Positions 40,797 to 53,487 of a stretch of DNA of 64,000 nt are shown one piece after another (the first letter of the stretch is position 1; each line of letters opens with the position of its first letter). The notes under the pieces were generated by a model that had not been told where the DNA came from, made no database searches, and saw nothing but the letters and a program-made list of their open reading frames with translations. The stretch is from contig JBHGNT010000007.1 of NCBI GenBank assembly GCA_043228905.1, positions 11,780,001-11,844,000 on the forward strand, given 5' to 3'. The translations under genes and the position numbers were made by a program. The DNA is from Azolla caroliniana. Taxonomy: Eukaryota; Plantae; Polypodiophyta.

Positions 40797-43620
40797 ATAG
40801 ATACATACATACATACATACATACATAGATAGATTATAGTATCGTCTTCGGAGGTCAAATATGACCTATGAGACCAAAAATATTACATTTCACGTGATAC
40901 GTGCGAAGGTGAGTAGCGATTCTCGATGTTCAAGAACTTTACCAATGAATGTTGCAATCGAGAGTGCGCATCGTGGTTGTGAGAGAAATTCGTGCAAGGA
41001 TTGGGCTCGATTGAAGAGATGTGGAAAGCATGGTCGAATATGATCAAAGGCAGAGCATTGTATCAAAGTGTGATACTCAGACTCTCGAACTTGTTTAGGG
41101 AAAAGTGTGCATAGTCGGCCACTCTCATCACTTGTGCCCCAACGCCCCGTCTCACATCTCAATGCGTGCGAGCTAAGTCGCATGGAAGCAATGGTTCAAA
41201 TGGCAGATATCGGGACGGGCTCTAACACGTATCAATGTGTACGGCTTCCCCGTTTCGCAAAGAATATGGTTTTGTAGTTACGTGCAACATTTGTAGTATA
41301 ATGTGTGAAGCGTGAGCCACCACATTTGTCCCATGTCATGATACATTGGGGTTGCAAAAAGGTCTCATTTACAGAGGAATTTAGTGACGCATCATGAAGC
41401 AAGTGCCTTGCATCCCATCTACCAAACCATTTTTCTAAATCTTGCATCCAACCGAAACCAAAATTTTGCTTTTATGAGTCTTTTGGATCTTTTTGCTTGC
41501 TTCCCATGCAATTCTAGGAAGTCGATGTGAGGGGTTTTTTTGAACCTTAAGCATGTATTCAACAACCCTTTCCATGGCCATGATCTCAATGGGAAGCGAT
41601 CCCATCTCAAGGAGGAGGGTGTAGGGTGTTTGTTTCTTAACTTGTAGAAACTTTGTAAGAAAATGTTTTTGGACATTTTCAAACTCTTTCCATGTAGATT
41701 TAGGGATGCTACCGCCCCATACTTCCACCCCATAAAGAAGAACTGGGGTCACCAAAGTGTCAAAAATATATTTCTTGAGGACCCAACACTTAATATCTCC
41801 AAGATTGCATGTGTTCTCAAATGCATAATATGCTCGCTTACCCGCCTCTAAGCGGCGTGTAGCACATTCATTCCCTTTATGATTTGAAGGAACTTCAAGG
41901 CCAAGATATTTGAAGCTTTCCACACATTCAAGTGGCTCATTGTTGTACATAATGCATGGTTTATCTCTTTTCTACTCTTCACAAGCATAATCTTTGTTTT
42001 AGAGCTATTGACACTTAATCTAGTATGCATGCAAAATTTTTCCAATGCCTTCATAAGCTTTTGTGCATCTCTTGAAGTATTTGCAAAAAGCACTACATCA
42101 TCCACATAAAACAAAAGCATAATCACAACATTCCCAATGACAACTTCTTCAACACATTCTTCCTTTACAAACTTGGTAATCATTTCTTCTAATTCATCAA
42201 TGCATAGACCAAATAATGTTGGTGAGAGTGGGCATCCTTTCTTAACACCAATAGTGCTATTGAAAAAATCTGAAAGTCTATCTCTCATACGCACACAACA
42301 TATAACCTTCTCATATATTCAGGAAATTGCAAGCATATATTCACTTGGCACCTCAAGTTCTTCCATCCGCCTCCAAAGATGCTCACGAGGTACCATATCA
42401 AAAGCTTTCTTGAAGTCTACAAAGCAACAATATAAACCTTTACCTCTAAGGCGACTTTCCTCTATTAATACTCGAAGAGTGACAAGATGATAAATGGTGC
42501 TATGGTGTTTTCGAAAACCATCTTGTCCATAAGCTCTCTTACCATTTTTTTCTGCACATACACTTATCTTTTATTCCATTATACATCCAAATAGGTTTGC
42601 AATTAATGAGCCAACCATGATGGTTCGATAGTTGTTTACATTATTTACATCTCCGCCTTATGTAAAGCTTTGATCCAATTTGTAGTCCAATCATATGGCA
42701 TACCATGTTGCAATGCATCATTAAACATATCGCATATCCATATATGTGCTTCCTTTCCCGTCCATTTGAGCATTTCATCTTTTATACATTGAAGATCGCT
42801 TGCCTTTTGAGAGGCCAATTTCTTAAGTCCTATGCATATATCTTCAATTGTAAAGATAGATAGATAGATAAATAGATTATATTATCGTCTTCGGAGGTCA
42901 AATATGACCTATGAGACAAAAAATATTACATTTCACGTGATACATGTGAAAGTGAGTAGAGACTCTCGATGTTCAAGAACTTTACCAATGAATGTTGCAA
43001 TCGAGAGTGCACATTGTGGTTGTGAGAGGAATTCATGCAAAGATTGGGCTCGGTCAAAGAGATGTGGAAAGCATGGTCGAATATGATCAAAGGTAGAGCA
43101 TTGTATCAAAGTGTGATACTCAGACTCGCGAACTTGTTTAGGGCAAAGTGTGCATAGCTGACCACTCTCATCACTTGTGCCCCAACGCCCTATTTCACAT
43201 CGCAATGCATGTGAGCTAAGTCGCATGGAAGCAATGGTTCGAATGGTAGATAATGGTATGGGCTCTAACATGTATCGATGTGTACGATTTCCCCGTTCTA
43301 CAAAGAAGGGAGACATATGTGAAAGAGAACCATAACACATCATCTTTCCGGCAAGAGATAACTCATATAAATTCTTACAATGCATAGACAAGTCATGAAG
43401 AGTTAAGTCACCATAACTCTCAACACGTTTCCCCTTTAGATTTCCCCAAAATTTAGCACATGCATGTGCTTTCTTTTGAGTTTGGAGAAGTTGTTGAGTA
43501 ACTTCCCATATTCGTCTCTTTCTTTGAATAAACCTTTTATAGTCATGCAAATGCTTTTGGTAATTGGCCCATGAGCCAATTCGTTTACAACAAAATGGGA
43601 TATTTACCCATTCATCGAAA
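40797..43620 (-). mobile_element. RTE/RTEX-like LINE, 5'-truncated, with (ATCT/ATGT)n tail
   Basis: RT motifs VDFKKAFD, GVKKGCPLSPTLFG, YVDD and FKYLG. C-terminal RLSSH.L..E.GRW...C..ESEYH...C. Microsatellite tail at about 40797-40835. Confidence 0.88.
42857..43301 (-). mobile_element. Short 3' fragment of the same RTE family inserted into the previous copy
   Basis: High similarity to 40830-41260, its own (ATCT)n tail, and AAAGA on both sides (42852-42856 and 43302-43306). Confidence 0.8.
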
Positions 43621-43621
43621 G

Positions 43622-44790
43622 TAAAAATAAAATAAAATAAAAATAGAGCTTAAGCTAAATAGTTCTAGTAAAATAACAAACATGTTCTACAATGAAATGG
43701 CTTTATACTAGGCCTAGTTTCATTTCCATCCACGTCTCTTGAAAAGAAGCGGGAGGTCAAAGGGTTTCGATGTGGATGTGGCCCCCCGTGGTCCCAATGT
43801 AGAAGGTACCCCAACCATAGCTTCTAGTCGGTGTAGCTCACGTTCCCTTATCTTCTTAATCATTTCTACTCCACGTCGAGTTGTTTTGAAGCCCAACTTC
43901 CAAGGGCGTTTGGTGGTTCTTTGCATTTTTGCTTCGTCAAGAGAGAGGCCGAGTGATGTAAGGGTATCCACACTCATCGTCTCCCCTTGTTCCTACATGT
44001 TGATGAATATTAAAAGGGCTATGGTTAACACTTTGTAGCTTATTCTCCCTATGTTGTTTTAGCTCTAAGATATACCTACCTAGTCTCTTTATATCCGGGG
44101 TATCTAATAGTTTGGAGAGGGTGGGAGAGAGTCCTATATGTCTTGGTATTCTGCCCTTATCTCGACATAGGTTGGACACTTGCATGTAAAGTGATATGCA
44201 TCCTCTATCTCTATGTGACATAATCTACATAGCCTGTCCTCTCTCGGGACTCTATTAGCCCGACCACTCTCAAGTTGGTGAGATGATATCCTAAGTTGTC
44301 CAATGGCCACCCTTAGTGCATTTGCTAAGACTATACCTAGATCTCTTGGTCATGTAATAAAACCTAACTTAGAGAAGTGAAAGAAGTGTTCCTTATAGTA
44401 TAACATTTTAGATGGGAGTGTCTCGTGTGGGGTGATCCATGTATATCGGGTGTAAATTTGCCATATTTCCTAGCATATTACTTTAATCCGGTCTTCATAA
44501 GATATTAAGGTTTGATCAAACCCATGATTGTACTTAAGGGGAGGTAGGTTATTAATGTCTATGCCATTTGCAAGTAACCAACTCACTACAATGCTATACC
44601 AATTGCTAGTGTCTCCAAACGCATATAGGGATCGGGATGCCTCAAAGGCTCAACGGGAGATCCTATCTTGTGATTGGCTATGTATCCGATGAATAAAAAC
44701 TACCACTTGGAAACGTGCTTCTACTAACATCAGGGGCAAACTGAACTCTGCTTTAATAATGTCATGAGGTATTGTCGATTTGAGAGAGGC
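43622..44790 (-). mobile_element. 3' fragment of a second RTE/RTEX-like family
   Basis: IGQLRISSHQL...REDRLCRLCH.EIED..H..C.C motif at about 44150-44320, and a (TTTTA)n-like tail at about 43622-43645. Confidence 0.7.
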
Positions 44791-44831
44791 CCTGTTTCCT
44801 CCTCCACCCCCCTCCCCATCTCGAAGCTTCC

Positions 44832-45323
44832 ATGGTTGTTGTAGATCTTGAGTATTGTTGCTTCGTCGGAGGTCTCGCGTGGACCATTGATGATCGCAAC
44901 CTTGCCGATGCCTTTCGTTACTTCGGCGAAGTTATCAACTCCAAGCTTGTCAATGGTGGTGAAGCCGATCATGAGGCTTTGTCTTTGTGACATTCTCTAA
45001 TGAGAAAGTGATGACGGATGCGATTGAGTCGATGAATGGAAGCAACATTACTGTGAACCAAGATTAGGAGGGGTGATGGAGGCTATCATGCCACCAATAG
45101 AGGTGGTGGTTCACGATATGGAGATCGTGGAAGTTATGGTAGCAAGGAGAGATCAGATGGAGGAAACAATGGATATGGTGGTAGTGTCCATGTCAGTGGC
45201 TATAATGATGCCAATGGTGGTGGAAATGATGGCTATGGTGGTTGTAATCACAATGGTGGTTATGGTGGGGGTAATAATAGGTATTCAAGTGGTGGCTCGG
45301 TTTCGGAAAATTGGAGGAAGTAA
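44832..45323 (+). pseudogene. Processed pseudogene of a glycine-rich RNA-binding protein (GRP7/GRP8-like, RRM plus Gly-rich tail)
   Basis: MVVVDLEYCCFVGGLAWTIDDRNLADAFRYFGEVINSK, then GFVFVTFSNEKVMTDAIESMNG..ITVN, then a GY-rich tail ending ENWRK*. Frameshifted. Not in the ORF track. Confidence 0.88.
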
Positions 45324-47752
45324 ACGAAATGAAAACTTTAAAAAAATTTGTTTGTAAATTGAGTATTGACTTCCTTTTCGCTTTTGTTACTCGAGGCCTT
45401 TTGTTTCACTCTAACACTTTTGTTATGGTTCAGATGGGAAAAAATTTGATATCCCTAAAGAGACGATTCTAGAGAGAGACAGAGACAGAGCACCATGAGC
45501 GTAATCGACCTCCTCTTCGAAGTAGTCCTCTAGCGAGCAAGGATGTGCAGGACGAGTTACAAGAAGGCGAGAGAGAAGGATAGGTTCTAATGTGTGAACT
45601 TTTGTTTTTTGTTTGAGGGTCTTGTGGAAATATTGTCACTTGATCAATGATAATCCAAGTGTTTGTGGTGAAGAGGGGGAGAAGGAAGGGGAGAAGGAGG
45701 AGGATGTAGGAAACAATGATGTTGAAAACATGAGGGAAGGTGACATTGTGAACATGAAGGTTCTTAGTTTAGTACCATATCAGTTTAAAACGATGTTTGT
45801 ATGTGTATATGTATGCATGTGCATGCGTGTGTATTTGTATATGCATTTCCATGGTTGTGTTTGTATGCATGTATGAATGCAGAGGGCCAAGCCGGGACGA
45901 GAGGATGTTTATCCTTGACACCAACGACTTCTGCACTATTACTCGTAGGAGTTGTACGGGGTGGTATAAGGGTAAAACACGTTAAATGGGTTGTTCGGTA
46001 TGTGTAATGTATATGAGTGTGAGGATGAGTATGCGTGAGCACATGCACAATTATGTGCATGTGACAAGAATGTAACGGTCTCTGTTTGTAACAAACATAT
46101 AATTTACCATTACATTATGTACTGTGAAATGCTCTCAAAATGCTCTCAAGAATAGCTCACTTTCCATTACGTTCTAAGTTACATTTTATAGACTACTCTT
46201 AGCGTGGAGGGTGTTCTCCCACTCCAATTAGCTCTTCTAATTATGGGGCTTGGTAGGCGCCTAATTTAGGTGGCCTAATTTGGGTGTGGTCCATGTGACC
46301 GCCACAATTCCCCCTTGTAAAAAAAAAGGTTATTGTGGACGGGGTGTGGACGACGGTTCTAGGTGGGGGGATGACATGGGCGTGGGCGTGGGTGTGGACG
46401 TGGGCGGGGGCAATGGTAGCTGATGGAAGGGCTTCATGCGAGACTGGTGGGCAAAGGTAGAGTGGTTGTTGGAGGCACGGCGGAGCAGATATGTAGTGTT
46501 GCGTATTTGCTTTTGAACTTTGAAGGGACCAATCCATCGGTGCATGAGCGACTCGTTGAGGCCGCGACAACGGATGGGAAATAGACTAGGACTTTGTCCC
46601 CAACATGGTATTGATGGTTGGCGTGGCCTGCATTGTGTTGTCGTTTTTGGCGTAGCTGTGCTTGGTGCAGGTTGCTCGTGATGGCTTTGCGGAGGAGGGG
46701 CTGGAGTTGTTGCAGGTGGGACCACCAGGACACTGTGTTAGAGTGGAGTCGTGTGATTGGTTGCGGGACTGCCACTTCTGGGGGTAAGCGCGGGTCCCTT
46801 CCGTGAAGGGCCCGAAATGGGCTAATGCGGGTGGACGCTTGCACAGTTGTGTTGTAGGCATGCGTAACGAAGGGCAAGATCCGGTTCCAGGTCGAGTGCA
46901 GCGGATCGATGTAGGCCGAGATTTGTTATTTTAAGGTTCGATTGAGGCGCTCCGTCAATCCATTTGTCTGTGGATGGTAGGGTGACGTGAATAATTGTTG
47001 GATTCCTAATTGTGTAGAAACTAGGCGTAGGAGCTCGCTGTTGAACTGGGGTCCTCGATCGGACAAGATTTGGAATGGGCACCCATGGGGGAAGATGATT
47101 TTCTCCAATAATTTGGAGGCGATGGTCATAGCCTTGGCATCTGGGATAGCGGCTGTCTCAGCCCAACGCGTCAAGTACTCGGTTATGACGAGGATGCATT
47201 TGTTGCCTTCTTGTGACTCGGGAAAGGGGCCCATAATGTCCCATCCGACAATTTCAAATGGAGCTTGAACTTGTATCAGATGTAAGAGGCCTTGAGCCAC
47301 TTGAGGTGATTTGATGGCCTGACATAAGTTGCATGCTTTGATGTAGGAGGCGACCTCGTTGCGTAGCCCCGACCAATAGAATTTGCAACGGATTTTGTCT
47401 AGCACCTTATGAAAACCCAAGTGGCCGGACAACGGGTGATCGTGGAAGAAACGAAGGTAAGACAGGCGCAGTTGCTCAGGCACGTAGACCCGGGGTTCCT
47501 TGCCTACTTGGCAAAAAAGCAGGACATTATCCTGGATCATGAATTGCTTGGTGAGGGATGATATGGGCTCGGCTCGTACGCGGTGGCAGATGTCTTGGAA
47601 TTTTTTTTCGTGTTGTTGCATGTTGGCGATTTGGGATGAGGATATGGGGAAATTGATTGTGTCAAAGGCGACCTGGTTCGCCTGAAAGGATATGCGGGAT
47701 AATCCATCGGCGACGATGTTTTGGGGACCACGGCAATAGCGCAATGTGAATG

Positions 47753-50700
47753 TGTTGAGAGACAAGCTCAACATCGGCCGGATCGGCTGAAGAAGCCAAG
47801 GACCGGATCGGTTGGGACCGATCGGTTAGGCCGAATACGTAAACCGGTACGCAGACCGGTGCGTAGGTAGGGCCGGATCGGTGCGTAAACCGGGAGGCCG
47901 TTAGGAAAGATATTCCGTGAGGAATATATTTGCCAGTTAGTGTAGGAGCTCTTAATGAGCATTGAAGTACTGTTAGTACTTCGGTCAGTCCTTCTAGGAC
48001 TTGTATAAAAGTGTTCATTGACACACATATGTATAGAGTGTGGTGAATAGAGATTGTGTATTTTTTTGAATATACCTCTTGTGTTTTCCTCTCTCACTCT
48101 GTCTGTCTCTCCCGCGTATTCTGCGTGAGCTCAAGCTCTCCATTAAACCTGAGTTTTCTTCCTTCTGTTCGGTCTTCATACTTGCTTCCACACGTTACTT
48201 TCTGCATGGTATCAGAGCGCGAGGGTTGAGAACCTCTCTGTAGCCGACACAGCTTGACGAAGAAGAACGAGAAGAACCATCGATAGAGGCATGGCGAGCT
48301 CGCTTCCAACAGAGAAGCTCGACAGAACCAACTACGCGTCTTGGTCCTACAAGATGCACCAGTACCTGCTCGGGCACGGCTACTGGAGTTATGTCGAAGG
48401 AGCTAATGACGCGGCACCCGAATGAACAAACAAAGACTTCCCGTCGTGGGAGCAATCATCGAGCAGGGTATTATACTGCTTCGCGTCGTGTGTGGACGAA
48501 CAGCTATTGAGCTATGTTCGGGATGCAAAGATGCCGAAGGGTGCATGGGAAAATCTGAAGAAGATTTTCGCCGCGAGCACCACAACCAGGAAGCTTCAGC
48601 TTCGACAAGAGATGAGCAACCTACGACAACGCGACTTGTCGGTGGCGGACTATACCTCCAAGATCAAGGATATCTGCGACTCCCTCGCCTCCATAGAGGG
48701 GAACATCGAGGAGAGCGTGATGGTCCAGATCTGTCTCGGAGGTTTGGCGTCGAAGTTCGGAGTGTTCAGAACGGCTGTGTGTACCCGGGAGAATACGCCT
48801 TCCTTTTTCGACTTACAATCAATGCTTCTGATAGAGGAGAACCACGTGGGTGCGTCTACAAGCACGCACACCGACAGCAGAATGTTGTACACGAAGGGAG
48901 ATAGGCCCCATGGACGTGGAGGACGATGCGAGTCGGCGCGCAATGGAGGCGGCCGACGAGATCAAGGAAGAAGGCACCGAAGTGATGCCGACAGCAACTC
49001 CGGACCCTCCAGAAACAGGGGGAGTTGATGCGATGAGAACCGGCAAGGGAAGATCATCGCGGAGTGCTGGTACTGTGGCAAGAAAGGCCACAGGGAAAGT
49101 GAGTGCTGGAAGAAGCGTGCCGACTCGGAGAGAACTGGGTCCGGAAACGGCTCCGCACATACCGACAAGGGAAATCGGCATCGATCGCACTACGCCGAAG
49201 ACTCAGAGAGAGCCGGAGAAGGGTCTGCCTTCGTAACGAGACACGAAGCAAACTCAATGAAACAGACCACCCCGAGATCGGACGAGGTGTGATACGTAGA
49301 CTCCGGCGTGTCAAACCACATGACGAGCCATAAGGAGTGGTTCTCGTACTTTGAAAAACCGATACAACTTGGAGTAGTCGCAACTGGAGAAGACACTCCA
49401 CATCTGATCGCGAATGTCGGAGAAGTTCCCCTTAGCCATGTTGGGCAGAAAGGGAAACTCATGAACGTGCTGCACGTTCCGACAATCATGAAGAACTTGG
49501 TCTCAGTCGGACAGATCGTCGACCAAGGGATGGAGGTTCGGTTTACACACCTTGGGTGCTTCATTGAGGAAGAAGGCCGTGTGATTGCGCAAGGGCGCAG
49601 AGACGGGAGGATGTTCATCCTCGATTCCACTGACGGCGGCACCGCAATGTTCGCGAAGGGACATAAATCCGAGTCGGACATCGACTTGCGGCACAAGCGG
49701 ATAGGCCACGTCAACCACCAGCAGCTTCAAGATCTGCAATCAAAACAGGTAGTGTTCGGATTGCCCAAATTTAGTGGTTGAAAGGCACAAATTTGTGAAG
49801 CCTGCTAGCTTGGGAAGCAACACCGACTTCCTTTCCCCAACGAGCGAAACCGGAGCCGGAACAAGCTCGACCTTATACACTCCGATGTATGGGGGCCGGC
49901 ACAAAACGTTAGTCTTGGCTGGAGCCGATATTTCGTCTCCTTCATCGATGACCACACGCGGCACTCGTGGATCTACCTCATTGAGAGGAAGAGCGAAGTC
50001 TTCGACTGTTTCCAGGACCTCAAAGTGTTCGTGGAAACGGAAACGGCACGAAAGATCAAGTGCCTGCGGTCGGATGGCGGGAAAGAGTACTTTTCTGGTC
50101 AATTCAACGGTTATCTACAACAAATGGGAATTCGGCGCGAATTCAGTTGTAGATACACGCCGGAGCAGAACGGCGTGGCCGAGAGGAAGAATCGGTCAGT
50201 TGTGGAAGCGGCACGAGCAATACTGGAGGAGAAGAGCTTGCCCAAGTTCTACTGGGCCGAGGTGGTAAGGACCGCGGTATACATCCAGAACCGGATCGGA
50301 GACAAAGTGTTGGCGCACGAGCTATATTTCGGAATGAAGCCAAACTTGCGACACTTGAGGGTGTTCGGTAGCATTGCGTATGTGCATGTACCGAAGGAGA
50401 AAAGGAGGAAGCTGGACGCAAAGGCCGAGAAATGCATCTTGGTCGGTTACTCGGGCGAGCAGAAGGGTTATAAGTGCTATAAGCCTCGCACCAAACAAGC
50501 ACGTGTTAGTCGTGACGTTGTGTTTGATGAGTCCGCGTCCTGGTACCAGCCCCCGACTCCGAACCCCGACTCCAATCCGAGTTCTGACGATGAGGTCAGC
50601 GAGGCCGAGATGCCTCCGGATGAGCCCGAAATCGAGACCCGCAGCGAGAGCCCGATTTCACTCCGTTTAAGTGGACCGATTGGACGACTGAGTCGGTACG

Positions 50701-53487
50701 ATCAGTCCGATGAAGAGCCGGCGAGTAGTCACGGAGACTCGGTCGTGCATTCCCCGCGCAGGAAGTCGAGGAGACGGCTTATGCGCAAAGAGAAATGGAA
50801 GCAGAAGGTGTCGGATTCTGGCACGGATAGGAACGAGTCAGACCGAGGCGAGTCCGACTCCGAGGGAACCGGTGACGGGTCTTTAAAGGTGAAGTCCGCG
50901 TCGACCGAGAAGGCCTCGACATCGGCTAATGTGAGATTACGCCGTTCTACCCGCCAGAAGAATCATGTTTTGCGGTTCGGATACAACGAGTACATGGCGC
51001 ATCATTATGCATACATGACCCGTGTAGCAGAAGTGCGTGAGCCGGAGAGCTACGCAGAAGCGGCTAAAGACGCGAATTGGCGTGCCGCGATGGAGGAAGA
51101 GATGCACGCATTGGCGGAGAACGAGACCTGGGACCTTGTTCACGCACCAACAGGGGTAAAACCGATCGGGTGTAGGTGGGTGTACAAGGTCAAGTACAAC
51201 ACCGATGGCTCGGTCAACCAGTACAAGGCTCGGCTAGTGGCAAAGAGCTACACGTAGAAACACGGCATCGACTATGAAGAGACGTTTGCGCCGGTCGCGA
51301 AAATGACGATCGTGCGTGTTTTGCTCGCAGTAGCTGCGGTGAAGGGGTGGCACTTACATCAGATGGATGTAAAGAATGCGTTCCTGCTAGGTGACCTTGA
51401 GGAACAGGTGTACATGGTAGAGCCCCCCGGATTTCACTCTGGAACGAACTCCTCGGCAGTATGCCGACTGAAGAAATCCCTTTACGGACTGAAGCAAGCC
51501 CCTCATGCCTGGAAGGCGAACATCACGCAACAACTGCGTTGGATGGGCTTCGTCACGTCAAAATCGGACTCTTCCCTGTTCATCCGGAAAGGTCGACTCG
51601 GACCGGTTAGTATCTTACTATATGTTGATGACTTGGTCATCATCGGCGCCGACCTAGGTGAAATCGACCGCGTGAAGCTCCAGCTTGCGGCATCGTTCTA
51701 CATGAAGGATCTGGGGGACCTTCATTGCTTCCTCACGATCGAAGTGATCCGTACCCCCGAAGGCATATTGATCAGCCAACGTCATTACGTGCTGAGTATG
51801 CTCTTCAAATTCGGGATGGCCGACTGTAAGTCCGTCTCGACTCCTCTGGACAGAACCGTCATATACTTGACCATCACCCGACCCGACCTCAGTTATCCGG
51901 TCGGAGTGATCAGTCAGTTCATGGCGCGACCTACCGAGGAGCACCTCCAGTGTGTGCAACGCATACTTCGGTATGTCAACGCCACTATGGACCGGGGACT
52001 GCTACATCGAACTGGTGCAGCCATGCAGTTAGTCGGCTACACCGATGCTGATTGGGCTGGCAACGTCGCCGATCGCCGATCCACATATGGATACGCGTTC
52101 TCCCTCGGGAGTGCCGCGATCGCGTGGAGCAGTAAGAAGCAGCCGACAGTTGCACTATCGACAACCGAAACTGAGTACCAAGGAGCGGCTGTCGCGACAT
52201 GCGAAGCCATATGGTTGAAACGGCTGCTTAGGGACCTGCAAGAGGAGGTGTCAGATCCGACGACGATCTACCGCGACAACCTTAGCAGCATCCAGCTCGC
52301 GAATAACCCCGTTTTCCACGCACGGACCAAGCACATTGAGGTGCACTACCATTTCGTCCGTGAGCGTGTCCTTTCCGGTGAAGTCGAACTTCAGTACGTT
52401 CCGACGGATTGGCAGTATGTCGACATCTTCACCAAGCCTCTTGGTCTGGACAAGTTGCGGCAATTCTCAAGTGCGCTCGGATTGCGTCACCTCGACGTGC
52501 CAAACTTGAGGGGGAGAACAATCGCAAGGCAGCAGGAAAGGATTGGAGACCGCGACACTGAGTCGGTTGACTCGGTTGTCGAGTTCGACTTCGGATCGGC
52601 TGAAGAAGCCAAGGGCGGACCCGCGGAAAAGTCCGGAAGCGGACAGAAGGGGAGCAGCTGAAGGAGAGAACCGAAGCCAACCACGCATGGGGAAGATGAT
52701 GCCATCGAGGGCGAGAAGACCGAAGACAAGTTGGAGACAGCCAACTCAGACGAGAGCGAAAACCGATCGGAGGTAGCCGAGTCGGTTCGGATGTTTGATT
52801 CAGATACGCTGAATCAACCGAGACCCAAGCGGAAGAAAAGGCAGCAGGAGAAGCGTCAACACCGCAACAGCAGAAGAGCTGATAAGGGCCACATGAACAG
52901 ACACGCCGACCAGAAGGGTCGAAGTGCGCGGAGTCGAACAGGTCGTGGAGGGTGAGCGAGGCGTGAAGCCAGGAGGAACCAGAGTTGTGAGCCCGAAGAT
53001 CCCGAAGAGCCTCAAGTTGAGCTTGAGGGGGACTGTTGAGAGACAAGCTCAACATCGGCCGGATCGGCTGAAGAAGCCGAGGACCGGATCGGTTGGGACC
53101 GATCGGTTAGGCCGAATGCGTAAACCGGTACGTAGACCGGTGCATAGGTAGGGCTGGATCGGTGCGTAAACCGGGAGGCCGTTAGGAAAGATATTCCGTG
53201 AGGAATATATTTGCCAGTTAGTGTAGGAGCTCTGAATTAGCATTGAAGTACTATCAGTACTTCGGTCAGTCCTTCTAGGACTTGTATAAAAGTGTTCATT
53301 GACACACATATGTATAGAGTGTGGTGAATAGAGATTGTGTATTTTTTTGAATATACCTCTTGTGTTTTCCTCTCTCACTCTGTCTGTCTCTCCCGCATAT
53401 ACTGCGTGAGCTCAAGCTCTCCATTAAACCTGAGTTTTCTTCCTTCTGTTCGGTCTTCATACTTGCTTCCGCACGTTACTTTCTGGA
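47753..53487 (+). mobile_element. Copia-A copy 4, full length
   Basis: 454-bp LTRs at 47753-48206 and 53034-53487. TSD GAATG, PBS TGGTATCAGAGC at 48207-48218. Gag-pol carries stops. Confidence 0.97.

Noticed and set aside
44730-45357. ORF-track proteins 44730-44993(-) and 45073-45357(+)
   Set aside because: Antisense and off-frame readings of the GRP pseudogene.
45496-45590. MSVIDLLF start resembling a SYP7 syntaxin N-terminus
   Set aside because: Only about 8 residues match before a stop. Too weak.
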